From an uncultured virus (IMG/VR IMGVR_UViG_3300021091_000024) (taxonomy: Duplodnaviria > Heunggongvirae > Uroviricota > Caudoviricetes): a stretch of DNA of 64,000 bases. Each line of letters opens with the position of its first letter. The stretch's first letter is position 1. The stretch lies in IMG/VR virus record IMGVR_UViG_3300021091_000024; one strand, given 5' to 3'. The notes beneath the pieces are model-generated. The model did no database searches, was not told where the DNA came from, and worked only from the letters and a program-made list of their open reading frames with translations. Positions 28,860-37,029 of the stretch are shown here, piece after piece. The position numbers were made by a program, and so were the translations under genes.

Positions 28860-29451
28860 CAATTACATAGCGTCCTCTGCCATTGCTAAACCAGGAGTAT
28901 GTACTAGTACTACTCGTCCTGCTAGTCCTTATGAGGGTCAGTTTATTTACGAAACAGATACAAGCAAAACATTGTTGTGGACTGGTTCTTTATGGGTTAC
29001 TCAAAATTGGGCTGGTCAATGTGCATTTTCGGCGTATAACCCAAGCAATATACAAATTTGTAGTAGCGGAACATCAACAAACGTTTTATACCCATATACA
29101 GAAAGATATGACCTAGGAAGCAACTTTAATGCAACTACTGGAGTTTTTACTGCTCCAGTTTATGGTGTCTATTCTTTTTCTATTGTTTTGCACGCAATGG
29201 GAATCTCTGCCAGTACTGATTTCCTTTTCGTTAATATGACTGGCAACATTAACGTTGAGTTTATGGTCGTTTCGGGAACTAGTAATGAAAATTATAATAC
29301 TAGTGGACAAGGAACACTTTCCACAGTTTTGAACGCTGGAGAAGTAGTGGGGCCACCAACTGTTGGGACAAACACAGCACAAGGTGCGGCGTACTGGCGT
29401 GGTGGAAATACTTTTAATAGTTTTACTGGAATGTTGGTGCGCCCACTATGA
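28849..29451 (+). CDS. tail protein with C1q-like C-terminal domain
   Basis: PGVCTSTTRPASPYEGQ.IYETDT; AFSAY...F..TTGVFTAPV.GVY.F. Confidence 0.7.
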   Translation: MPINNYIASSAIAKPGVCTSTTRPASPYEGQFIYETDTSKTLLWTGSLWVTQNWAGQCAFSAYNPSNIQICSSGTSTNVLYPYTERYDLGSNFNATTGVFTAPVYGVYSFSIVLHAMGISASTDFLFVNMTGNINVEFMVVSGTSNENYNTSGQGTLSTVLNAGEVVGPPTVGTNTAQGAAYWRGGNTFNSFTGMLVRPL

Positions 29452-30008
29452 CCATTTCATCTAACGCTACAGGACTAAGACCGGGGGTCTGTACGTCGTC
29501 TACTAGGCCGAGCAACCCGTTTACGGGGCAGATTATCTACGAGACTGACACGGGTTATCTGCGTGTGTGGGACGGTTCAGCGTGGGACTACCTCAGCCAG
29601 TCTGCGGATAACACGGCTGCGTTACGCCCAGCGGCAGGTCTGATTGGCACGGTGGCTAATTGGGCAAGCAACACTAAAACTGTTAGTTCGGCATCTCCAA
29701 CAGTTGACTTGTATGACCAAACCTTGAATTTGGTCGGTGGAAGAAATTACAAATTGAACTGGTCTTTTGACGTATTCCATTCTGCTGCCGTTACATGGTT
29801 TCTATATGTTTACGTCAACACTGTGTTTACGGGGACGTTGGCATTTTCTAACTCGTACCAAATTGGTACATCGTGGATTTACCCAAATACCACTACGTCA
29901 TCAAAACGCATACAACTTAGGGCGTCGTACAACTCGGGGGCTGGAACCGCCTATTTTGGAAGTTTGGCAATAGGTGGTGTGTGGCTTGAGGACGTCGGTC
30001 CTACGTGA
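29448..30008 (+). CDS. tail protein
   Basis: PGVCTSSTRP..P..GQ.IYETDT; ends EDVGP. Confidence 0.7.
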   Translation: MTISSNATGLRPGVCTSSTRPSNPFTGQIIYETDTGYLRVWDGSAWDYLSQSADNTAALRPAAGLIGTVANWASNTKTVSSASPTVDLYDQTLNLVGGRNYKLNWSFDVFHSAAVTWFLYVYVNTVFTGTLAFSNSYQIGTSWIYPNTTTSSKRIQLRASYNSGAGTAYFGSLAIGGVWLEDVGPT

Positions 30009-30010
30009 CC

Positions 30011-30072
30011 ATTTCGGTTTGCACTAGCACCTACAACAACACCCCCGACCAATTATGTGCTATTGTCTCGAG
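30011..30072 (+). repeat. 62-bp intergenic repeat, copy 2
   Basis: near-identical to 22079-22140. Confidence 0.85.
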
Positions 30073-30139
30073 CGTATAAGTACACCCCTCGAGGGCACAA
30101 TAGTTGTAAAGAGTTTCCGCAACAAGGAGTGATGACAAA

Positions 30140-30295
30140 ATGGAAGAACAGCTCGACCCGCAAACACTTATCGACGAACTCGTCAGGCGCATCCAAACAC
30201 TAACGCTCGAAAACGTGGTGTTATCAGCGCGCCTCACAGCAGCAATCAAATCACAAAACGAAACAACTGCCAGCGGAGACGACACAGGGCAGTAA
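30140..30295 (+). CDS. 51-aa coiled-coil protein (not in ORF track)
   Basis: AAGGAG SD; MEEQLDPQTLIDELVRRIQTLTLENVVLSARL. Confidence 0.6.
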   Translation: MEEQLDPQTLIDELVRRIQTLTLENVVLSARLTAAIKSQNETTASGDDTGQ

Positions 30296-30325
30296 ACATT
30301 GGTTACCATCAATCGCTCCGTCGCC

Positions 30326-30535
30326 ATGATGGACTCGCTCAAGCAGGAGCTGTTTACGCTGTGCATCCAGAATGGCATTGACCCAGAGACGCTGGACATC
30401 GAAAATCCAGATTCCGACCCAGCAATAGCGGCGTCTACTCCTCACGAGCATAACTTCTATGCAATTCGTAGAATTAAGCAGGTATGCGAGGGATACGTCT
30501 TGGCTAAAGGGAAGTTTGATAATCTAGCCGAGTGA
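30326..30535 (+). CDS. small protein, GIDP family paralog A (possibly N-truncated)
   Basis: ELFTLCIQNGIDPETLD...IKQVCEGY. Confidence 0.6.
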   Translation: MMDSLKQELFTLCIQNGIDPETLDIENPDSDPAIAASTPHEHNFYAIRRIKQVCEGYVLAKGKFDNLAE

Positions 30536-30972
30536 TTCGTTCGGTTTACTGCCCTTCTGAGGAGTTCCTTGAAGAGGCGCAATCTTTAGCTGAAAAAAAT
30601 AGCCTGTCTATAACTATTGGACGGTCGGAATCTATGGAAAATATAGATTTTGACGAAACCAGGGTATGCATTGTCCACATCCCCACAATTCACATTTTTA
30701 ATATTTCATCGCCGACCCTTCCGATTGGACTGATGCAGGCTTTTGGGTATACGTGTGATTACATTGATTTTAAGAAAGATGGCAATACTCCGATACTGAA
30801 AGTCAGGTATGGGCATAATTTTTCAGAAGAAATAAAAATACAGCCTTTTTATCTAGAGTCCCATATAGCAAAGTATTCGCATAGATTTTCTTCGGCAGGC
30901 ATACATGATGTGAGTATTGTTGTTGCCGGGGAAGAATATGTCAAAAATTACACATTTGAGGTGACGGAGTGA
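30532..30972 (+). CDS. hypothetical protein
   Basis: 146-aa ORF coupled at both ends. Confidence 0.65.
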   Translation: MIRSVYCPSEEFLEEAQSLAEKNSLSITIGRSESMENIDFDETRVCIVHIPTIHIFNISSPTLPIGLMQAFGYTCDYIDFKKDGNTPILKVRYGHNFSEEIKIQPFYLESHIAKYSHRFSSAGIHDVSIVVAGEEYVKNYTFEVTE

Positions 30973-31556
30973 AGATAGAAGTTTTAGCGCCATGCATCAA
31001 CTATTACACAGAGGTATATGACGCTTATCCATTAATAGAAATGCTTGAAGAGGAGGCCGATAAATCGTGGCCTCGGATGGAGTGGGCGAGGTCATCTACC
31101 GGGCAGGCTGGTAATACATCTGTAAATGAGTACCGCTCGTCAATGGAAATGTCCTTGCTACCGATTATGACCGAAGAGGACATACCGGAGTTAAACCACA
31201 TAAAAGATGGGTTTCATAAAATATACAGTGAAATAGATAAGTGCGTCTGGGACTACAGAAACCAGTATGAATTATTTATTTCTCGTCACGAGCCATTTAG
31301 TGTTTTGAGGTATGAGAATAGCGCTGAATACCATATACATACAGACTCGTCCCCAGAGAACGGAAGAGTCATGAGTATGGTTGGGTACTTTAACGACGGA
31401 TATGAGGGCGGAAAATTGGAGTTCCCATTATTTAATGTAGAAATTCAGCCAGAGGCCGGCTCTGTAATCCTCTTTAGTTCGGCATATCCATACCAACATG
31501 CTGCACACCCAGTAACGAAAGGCACCAAGTATTCCTTGGTGACGTGGTTCCAGTGA
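30969..31556 (+). CDS. prolyl-4-hydroxylase-like 2OG-Fe(II) oxygenase
   Basis: LRY....YHIHTD...R..S...YFNDGYEGG.L.F...H...PV.KG.KYSLVTW. Confidence 0.88.
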   Translation: MKIEVLAPCINYYTEVYDAYPLIEMLEEEADKSWPRMEWARSSTGQAGNTSVNEYRSSMEMSLLPIMTEEDIPELNHIKDGFHKIYSEIDKCVWDYRNQYELFISRHEPFSVLRYENSAEYHIHTDSSPENGRVMSMVGYFNDGYEGGKLEFPLFNVEIQPEAGSVILFSSAYPYQHAAHPVTKGTKYSLVTWFQ

Positions 31557-32359
31557 GAAAAGTAAAGTACAAGATTGCAAATTTCACTTCGGATATTCCG
31601 AGAGTGAAAAAAAACGAAATGCTTATAATTCCGCATACAAACCTACTGTGGGAAGTGCCTCCATTTACGAATAGAAACAACAAGCCAGAGTGGTGGAAAA
31701 ATCTAGAAAAGGGGAAAGGCTCTCTCCGGAGGTGCCATGGAACTATTGACTACCTGTCTCTGGGCGTCACATTTTCGCTATGGACAAATGTTCACGTAAG
31801 ACCGACAGCGAACAACAAAAGTTTCGAGCTCAAGCTGGACCAAATGGGCGCACCAGAAATGAGGCCAGAGTTTAGAACCGAATGGTTCCCGTACTCCTCA
31901 ACGGAGGGGTGTCCGTTTGCAAAAAACAGAGAAATACCTGAAGGCGACTTTCCCAAGCTGGTTACGCCCTGGATGTTTAAAACTGCACCAGGGTATTCCA
32001 CACTAATCCTTCCGACCCTATTTGAGCAAAATCCCAACTATTCAGTTTTGCCGGGAGTTGTTCATACCGACTACTACCACGCAATAAATATTGTTCTCAA
32101 TATACATACTAAAAATGAGTTCACTATACCGATAGGGACCCCCATGTATCAGTTGATTCCATTTAAGAGGAGCGACAATACCTCCGAAATAATCAAGGGC
32201 AACGAAAGCATGTGGAGATTTGTAAACGGAAGAGGTGTTGGCCAGCACTACTTGGGCGATTTTGACAGAAGAATTTCGTACCGCAGGGAGTTGGCGCGAG
32301 CCGATGATTCTGTGGAAAAAGAAGACAAGTCGCTTATTGAAAGAATCCTGAGAAGATGA
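31553..32359 (+). CDS. conserved phage protein commonly found with oxygenases
   Basis: KPEWWK...RRC.G..DY...K...PW.FKT.PGYS...LPGVV.TD.Y...GTP..QLIPFKR. Confidence 0.7.
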   Translation: MRKVKYKIANFTSDIPRVKKNEMLIIPHTNLLWEVPPFTNRNNKPEWWKNLEKGKGSLRRCHGTIDYLSLGVTFSLWTNVHVRPTANNKSFELKLDQMGAPEMRPEFRTEWFPYSSTEGCPFAKNREIPEGDFPKLVTPWMFKTAPGYSTLILPTLFEQNPNYSVLPGVVHTDYYHAINIVLNIHTKNEFTIPIGTPMYQLIPFKRSDNTSEIIKGNESMWRFVNGRGVGQHYLGDFDRRISYRRELARADDSVEKEDKSLIERILRR

Positions 32360-33819
32360 TTAAAACAATATGTGTTGCTGGTTCAGGAACGGCTGGGAAC
32401 ATATTCGCCTTGATGCTTAGGCAGGCATTTCCGTCATGTGAAATCATAAAGGTCTACTCTCCAGAAATAGGCATAGTTGGCGTCGGTGAGGGCTCGACTG
32501 AACACTGGAAAATGTTTATGAATATGTGTGAAATCCCATTAGGGGAGATGATTGTAGAGACTTCAGCTACACACAAACTAGGAATTAGGTTCGAAGGGTG
32601 GACAAATCACACCCCTGATTATTTTCACAGTATTAGCGGCAACGAGTATCTAAACCAGTTTGGGCTAATGGGGCTGTACTCGGGTCTTAATGAAAACAGA
32701 AAACTTCTAACTAATTCAATTTCTTATAGAGGTCTTATAGAGCATTCCGTCCACTCGAAAGACCCACACAACAGGACAAATCAGTTTCACTTTGACACTT
32801 TCAAGCTCAATAAATACTTCGAAAAGCTGTGTATTCAAAGGAATATAAAACTTGTAGAGGCTGAGATAAAAAATGTGGAAATTGATGTGGAAAACGGACG
32901 AATAAAGTCCCTTCACCTAGACAATAATAAAGCTGTCAGTGCTGACATATTTATTGACGCAACGGGTTTCAAAAGAGTGCTGATGTCGGCCGTCGGCGCA
33001 AATAAATGGAAGTCATATTCTAAATTCCTCCCTATGAATGCGGCAATCGCATTTCCTTCAGCTTTGCCAGAAGACAGAAAAATAAACCCCTTCACTAGGG
33101 CTATAGCAAAATCATCTGGGTGGATGTGGGAAATTCCCACACAAGAGAGACGTGGCAACGGTTATGTGTACTGCTCTGAATTTATTTCTGAAGAAGAGGC
33201 TGTTAATGAGGCGTCTACTCAGGTCGGCTTCGAGGTTGAACCAGCAAGAAAGTTCTCAATAGACCCAGGTTGTCTTGAGGAGCAATGGGTGAAGAACGTC
33301 ATTTCAGCAGGACTATGTTCAAGTTTTGTCGAGCCACTCGAAGCAACCTCCATAGGTTCAACAGTGATGCAATCTGTGGCGGCAGTTAGGTATTTGGCTG
33401 GATACAACGGAAGCCCGGTTTTGGCAAAAAACTACAACGCGCGGATGAATGAAATGATGGAGAATCTCGTGTCCATGATTTCTCTTCACTATCTCTCAGA
33501 TAGGGGAGATACGGAATTTTGGAGATTCGCCCAGGGGCTGGATAGGCCGGAATATCTGGTCGAACTTCTGGAGCTTTGGGCAGTGAGACCACCGACAGAG
33601 GGGGACATGAAGAAGGGGCAATATGAGTTATTCCATGAACCCCATTTCTGGCATGTAGCTCAGGGCCAGGGGCTCATCAGCGCTGACGCCTCCTCGCGTA
33701 TAATTGACATGCTTGGTATTAGGCAGGCAGTCAACAAAAAAATATGGGACCTCAAGGTTGAGCAAACCGCTGAACCAGTGATTGACCATCTAAAAGCACT
33801 ACTTGCTCTAAAGGAGTAA
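32356..33819 (+). CDS. tryptophan halogenase (PrnA)-family flavoprotein
   Basis: GSGTAG, GVGEGS, ATHKLGI.F (catalytic Lys position), GWMWEIP, FVEPLEATSI. Confidence 0.88.
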   Translation: MIKTICVAGSGTAGNIFALMLRQAFPSCEIIKVYSPEIGIVGVGEGSTEHWKMFMNMCEIPLGEMIVETSATHKLGIRFEGWTNHTPDYFHSISGNEYLNQFGLMGLYSGLNENRKLLTNSISYRGLIEHSVHSKDPHNRTNQFHFDTFKLNKYFEKLCIQRNIKLVEAEIKNVEIDVENGRIKSLHLDNNKAVSADIFIDATGFKRVLMSAVGANKWKSYSKFLPMNAAIAFPSALPEDRKINPFTRAIAKSSGWMWEIPTQERRGNGYVYCSEFISEEEAVNEASTQVGFEVEPARKFSIDPGCLEEQWVKNVISAGLCSSFVEPLEATSIGSTVMQSVAAVRYLAGYNGSPVLAKNYNARMNEMMENLVSMISLHYLSDRGDTEFWRFAQGLDRPEYLVELLELWAVRPPTEGDMKKGQYELFHEPHFWHVAQGQGLISADASSRIIDMLGIRQAVNKKIWDLKVEQTAEPVIDHLKALLALKE

Positions 33820-33821
33820 AA

Positions 33822-34070
33822 ATGGGTATAGAACAGTTTCTATCTGCGGAAGATAAAAAGGCTGCACTTGGGGAGGTTAAGTCACTCCTTGAAAGGGAGA
33901 TTTATTTCCTGTGCCTGAAAACGGGCGTAGACCCGGAAGAGATTGACCCAGAGACGTTTACCGCTCAGGGGGTAATCAATCCCGTGCCCGTGAGCATGAT
34001 GACGTACCAAATAATTGAAACCCATTGTAAGAATCTAGTAGCGGTTACAGCAAAACTAGCGACAATGTAG
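33822..34070 (+). CDS. small protein, GIDP family paralog B
   Basis: EIYFLCLKTGVDPEEID...IETHCKNL; AAGGAG SD. Confidence 0.7.
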   Translation: MGIEQFLSAEDKKAALGEVKSLLEREIYFLCLKTGVDPEEIDPETFTAQGVINPVPVSMMTYQIIETHCKNLVAVTAKLATM

Positions 34071-34080
34071 GGCCCGGATT

Positions 34081-34800
34081 ATGGTATGGCCCCAGTATCT
34101 AACGCTACCAAATGAGGTAATTTTTAGACCACCGGCAACGGAGCCGCCTGGTTACAATGGCGTTTTTCAGTTAATGAAAAGCTTTTTTGTTGTTGAAGGT
34201 CTAAATGTTCCCAGAACTGGGCGTTGCGAGAATCTTTGCTATAGCTCGGACTCCCCGGTTGTTGGCACAAAATATGAAAGCGAAGTAAACCTACTCGGAA
34301 AGAAGTCACCATTTTCCGGCACCTCACTAAAGACAGAGAATCTAAAAGTAGTGCGGTGGGTAATGGATGTAAAAGGGCTGTTTTCTATTGTGTATCTGGA
34401 ATACACAGAACACCCAGTCGTCTATGGTGAATCGAGAGACTCTTTCTATTTGGAACAGGACGACTCCCCGTCAGCGATGTGGGTTGGCAGAACTCTTCCA
34501 GAGCTTTTCAAAAACATGAGAGAATGGTCCATCCTTCTGGATGACCCCTTCAATTCTGACCACCCCGTTGCACAGATTTCCAAAGCTGCATTTGATTACA
34601 TGGGCACCCCAGAATGGGTGTATGAGGAAATAGATAATATGCCCGATATGCATTTATCTAGATTTCTCAAGGGCGATGAAAACTATAGAGAGCTCGTATG
34701 GGGGTTCCCTCAGTTTTCTAACGAAATGATTGATTGGCTTGACAGCCACTTTAAAGCCAATAAATTCAAATCTCTTGAGCAGATGCTTGAGGAAATGTAA
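34081..34800 (+). CDS. hypothetical protein
   Basis: 239-aa ORF. Confidence 0.7.
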   Translation: MVWPQYLTLPNEVIFRPPATEPPGYNGVFQLMKSFFVVEGLNVPRTGRCENLCYSSDSPVVGTKYESEVNLLGKKSPFSGTSLKTENLKVVRWVMDVKGLFSIVYLEYTEHPVVYGESRDSFYLEQDDSPSAMWVGRTLPELFKNMREWSILLDDPFNSDHPVAQISKAAFDYMGTPEWVYEEIDNMPDMHLSRFLKGDENYRELVWGFPQFSNEMIDWLDSHFKANKFKSLEQMLEEM

Positions 34801-34927
34801 TGACATTACAGGAAGAAAAACTTTACAAAGAAGCCCAACCGTACAACCACGGATTTTTCGTTTTATGGTCTGATTGAAACATTTAAATCAGATGTTCAGA
34901 CATCAGACAGAATATCTGGCCTATAAA

Positions 34928-35143
34928 TCACCAATGCCCGACTGGGCACTCGGCGTGCTGTAGACGCACCTTGAGGTTCATAAAACAACCACACTTACGA
35001 CACTGGTTTGTCGCTTCAATAAAATGAGGGCATTCGGTACATATTGAGTACCTATTACGCGCTTCTTCATCGGATGCGTATTTGGTCGACTTCCTGAAAA
35101 AGTCTAAAGGAGAGGCTTTTTTACCGCGATTTTCTCTTGTCAC
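34928..35143 (-). CDS. small Cys-cluster (metal-binding) protein
   Basis: RYSICTECPHF...QCRKCGCFM..K......CPVGHW; GTG overlaps the upstream stop. Confidence 0.7.
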   Translation of the reverse strand: MTRENRGKKASPLDFFRKSTKYASDEEARNRYSICTECPHFIEATNQCRKCGCFMNLKVRLQHAECPVGHW

Positions 35144-35403
35144 GAAAGAGAGTCTATCTTGCCTTGCAACATGGCGTAAGCATTGCACAGTTCTTCAATT
35201 CGTGACACCTCGATTGATTTACTGGGATTCTTTTCGTCATCTTTAAGTGATGCCAAAATTGAGTTTTCAAATGGGTTGGAAATATCTATATCATCAGGGT
35301 CTATCCCATTGATGGCCAGCAGTCTGAACAACTCTGTCGCTATTTGTGACTTAGCAGCAGAAAGCGAAGCCATTTTCTGTATGTTTGAAATTTCAAGTTT
35401 CAT
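35140..35403 (-). CDS. small protein, GIDP family paralog C
   Basis: ELFRLLAINGIDPDDID...IEELCNAY; AGGAG SD. Confidence 0.7.
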   Translation of the reverse strand: MKLEISNIQKMASLSAAKSQIATELFRLLAINGIDPDDIDISNPFENSILASLKDDEKNPSKSIEVSRIEELCNAYAMLQGKIDSLS

Positions 35404-35411
35404 TTCTTCTC

Positions 35412-37028
35412 CTAATTATTAAGAACAATTATCTGCATTCCTGGAGTGCCAGCTATGCTCCACGGGGGAATCGGTAAGCTTGATGTACCACCAGAGGTGT
35501 CAATTGATATCCCGGAAGGTGGGGATGTCTCGGTAACCAATATTACTCCTCCTCCGCCCCCAGGATTGCCATTAGTTCCTTCTGTTACTGAGCCAGCAGT
35601 TCCCGCTGGTCCGGCCAATCCAGCTACCCCTGCAGCACCACCAGGCCAATCGAAGGAATAGTGCCCTACGTTTAGAACTGGTCCAGCATGTCTGTGTACA
35701 TTTACATCATGGGCTCGGGGCGCTCTATGGTGTACGGTGTACTGGCCGGTAACGTATTGTATGCCGCCGGAGAACCCGCCTTGACCGCTGTTATTTGCCC
35801 CAGTATGGTTCACGTTGGCGTTGTGATGATAATGAACAGGGTTATCAAGTTGCATGTGCGCATAATTACCCGCTGGAGCTCCACCGGTAGATGAAGGAGA
35901 GGAAAAGTGATTATGGTTTACCCCATTTATAGAAGTAAAATCACCGGCGAACGGAACAAAGTTATTTAGTATCCCATGGTCATGGTGGGTTGCTGCCGCA
36001 AAAGTCGGAATACCACCTATTGATGCTGAGTAATGCTCTTCATACACATATCTTTGAGACGCAGAGCTGGCATGACTCATGATAAATGAGCCATTCGTTG
36101 GGTCTGGAAAACCAGCCGTACGCGCGCCAGCATGTGAATGCGGCAGTGGGGTTGTGTGGTGGTCCTGTCCACTGTGGTGCGCTGGCCTAGTGTGATGGTA
36201 TGTATAAAAGGCAACAGCGTGTCCAGTCTTAGCGGCTGGAGAAGAGCCTCCCGAACCAGGCGAGCCTCCATGCATTGGCCCTGGCGCTATTGCCGGTGTT
36301 TTATCAATTCCATTCCTTCCTTGACTAAAAATTGTTCCACTTCCAGCGACAGTCTTTGCCGCGACTATTACAACAGGTCCACCAAAACCTCCTGCTCCGC
36401 CAACCCCCGCTGTACCCGGCGAAGCCAAAGCGCCTCTTGTCCCTGGCGTTGCATCCGAGCCTTTTCCACCAGGAACACCATGGTTGTTTGCATCTGGTGG
36501 ATACTGTCCAGGACTACCGCCTGTACCGGCAGAACCGGGCCATGTTGCAGGGGAATCTGTACCGGGTGTTAGTGTTCCATTTGTTCCAGATGTTCCTCCG
36601 GAACCGCCAGAAAGCTGCCTCAAAATCCCAGAAGACTCCCGGTATGAGCCAGATACAGCAGATTGCACATCATTTAAAATAGATGCGGGTATTTGTGTTG
36701 CTGTTGTTCCAGGACCAGCTCCGCCTATTGAGTAAATTACCGCAGTAGAAGATGGTGTATTCCCAGATACAGTACCGGAAGTAACAGTTGTATTGCTTTT
36801 CACACCTATGGAACCATTTATCGTCAGTGCACTTTTCACAAAAACCCTGAACCCATTCGTGTTTAGATGAACCCCAGAATTTATTGTTAGATTGTTATAG
36901 TGCATGTCCCTAGATAGCGAGGTGTTGGCTGAAATAACAACGTTTCCATCCACGCCACTTCCATAGACAGAATCGTTGCCAATTCTTTGTTTAAAGGTTT
37001 TATCTGGAAATCTTACGAGCGAACCCAT
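35412..37028 (-). CDS. Gly-rich tail protein with His-rich central insertion
   Basis: N- and C-termini paralogous to 37030..37740; 27 His in ~190 aa. Confidence 0.8.
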   Translation of the reverse strand: MGSLVRFPDKTFKQRIGNDSVYGSGVDGNVVISANTSLSRDMHYNNLTINSGVHLNTNGFRVFVKSALTINGSIGVKSNTTVTSGTVSGNTPSSTAVIYSIGGAGPGTTATQIPASILNDVQSAVSGSYRESSGILRQLSGGSGGTSGTNGTLTPGTDSPATWPGSAGTGGSPGQYPPDANNHGVPGGKGSDATPGTRGALASPGTAGVGGAGGFGGPVVIVAAKTVAGSGTIFSQGRNGIDKTPAIAPGPMHGGSPGSGGSSPAAKTGHAVAFYTYHHTRPAHHSGQDHHTTPLPHSHAGARTAGFPDPTNGSFIMSHASSASQRYVYEEHYSASIGGIPTFAAATHHDHGILNNFVPFAGDFTSINGVNHNHFSSPSSTGGAPAGNYAHMQLDNPVHYHHNANVNHTGANNSGQGGFSGGIQYVTGQYTVHHRAPRAHDVNVHRHAGPVLNVGHYSFDWPGGAAGVAGLAGPAGTAGSVTEGTNGNPGGGGGVILVTETSPPSGISIDTSGGTSSLPIPPWSIAGTPGMQIIVLNN

Positions 37029-37029
37029 G

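Noticed and set aside
19096..30072. Diversity-generating retroelement or invertase shufflon
   Set aside because: No reverse transcriptase or site-specific recombinase in the window; repeat mismatches are not adenine-specific and all copies are direct.
30140..30535. Stop-codon readthrough joining 30140..30295 to the in-frame ORF behind it
   Set aside because: Single TAA; the two parts look like unrelated small proteins and the GIDP paralogs are stand-alone elsewhere.
34800..34927. Short ORF MTLQEEKLYKEAQPYNHGFFVLWSD at the convergence point
   Set aside because: Only 25 codons; may be a remnant but cannot be supported.
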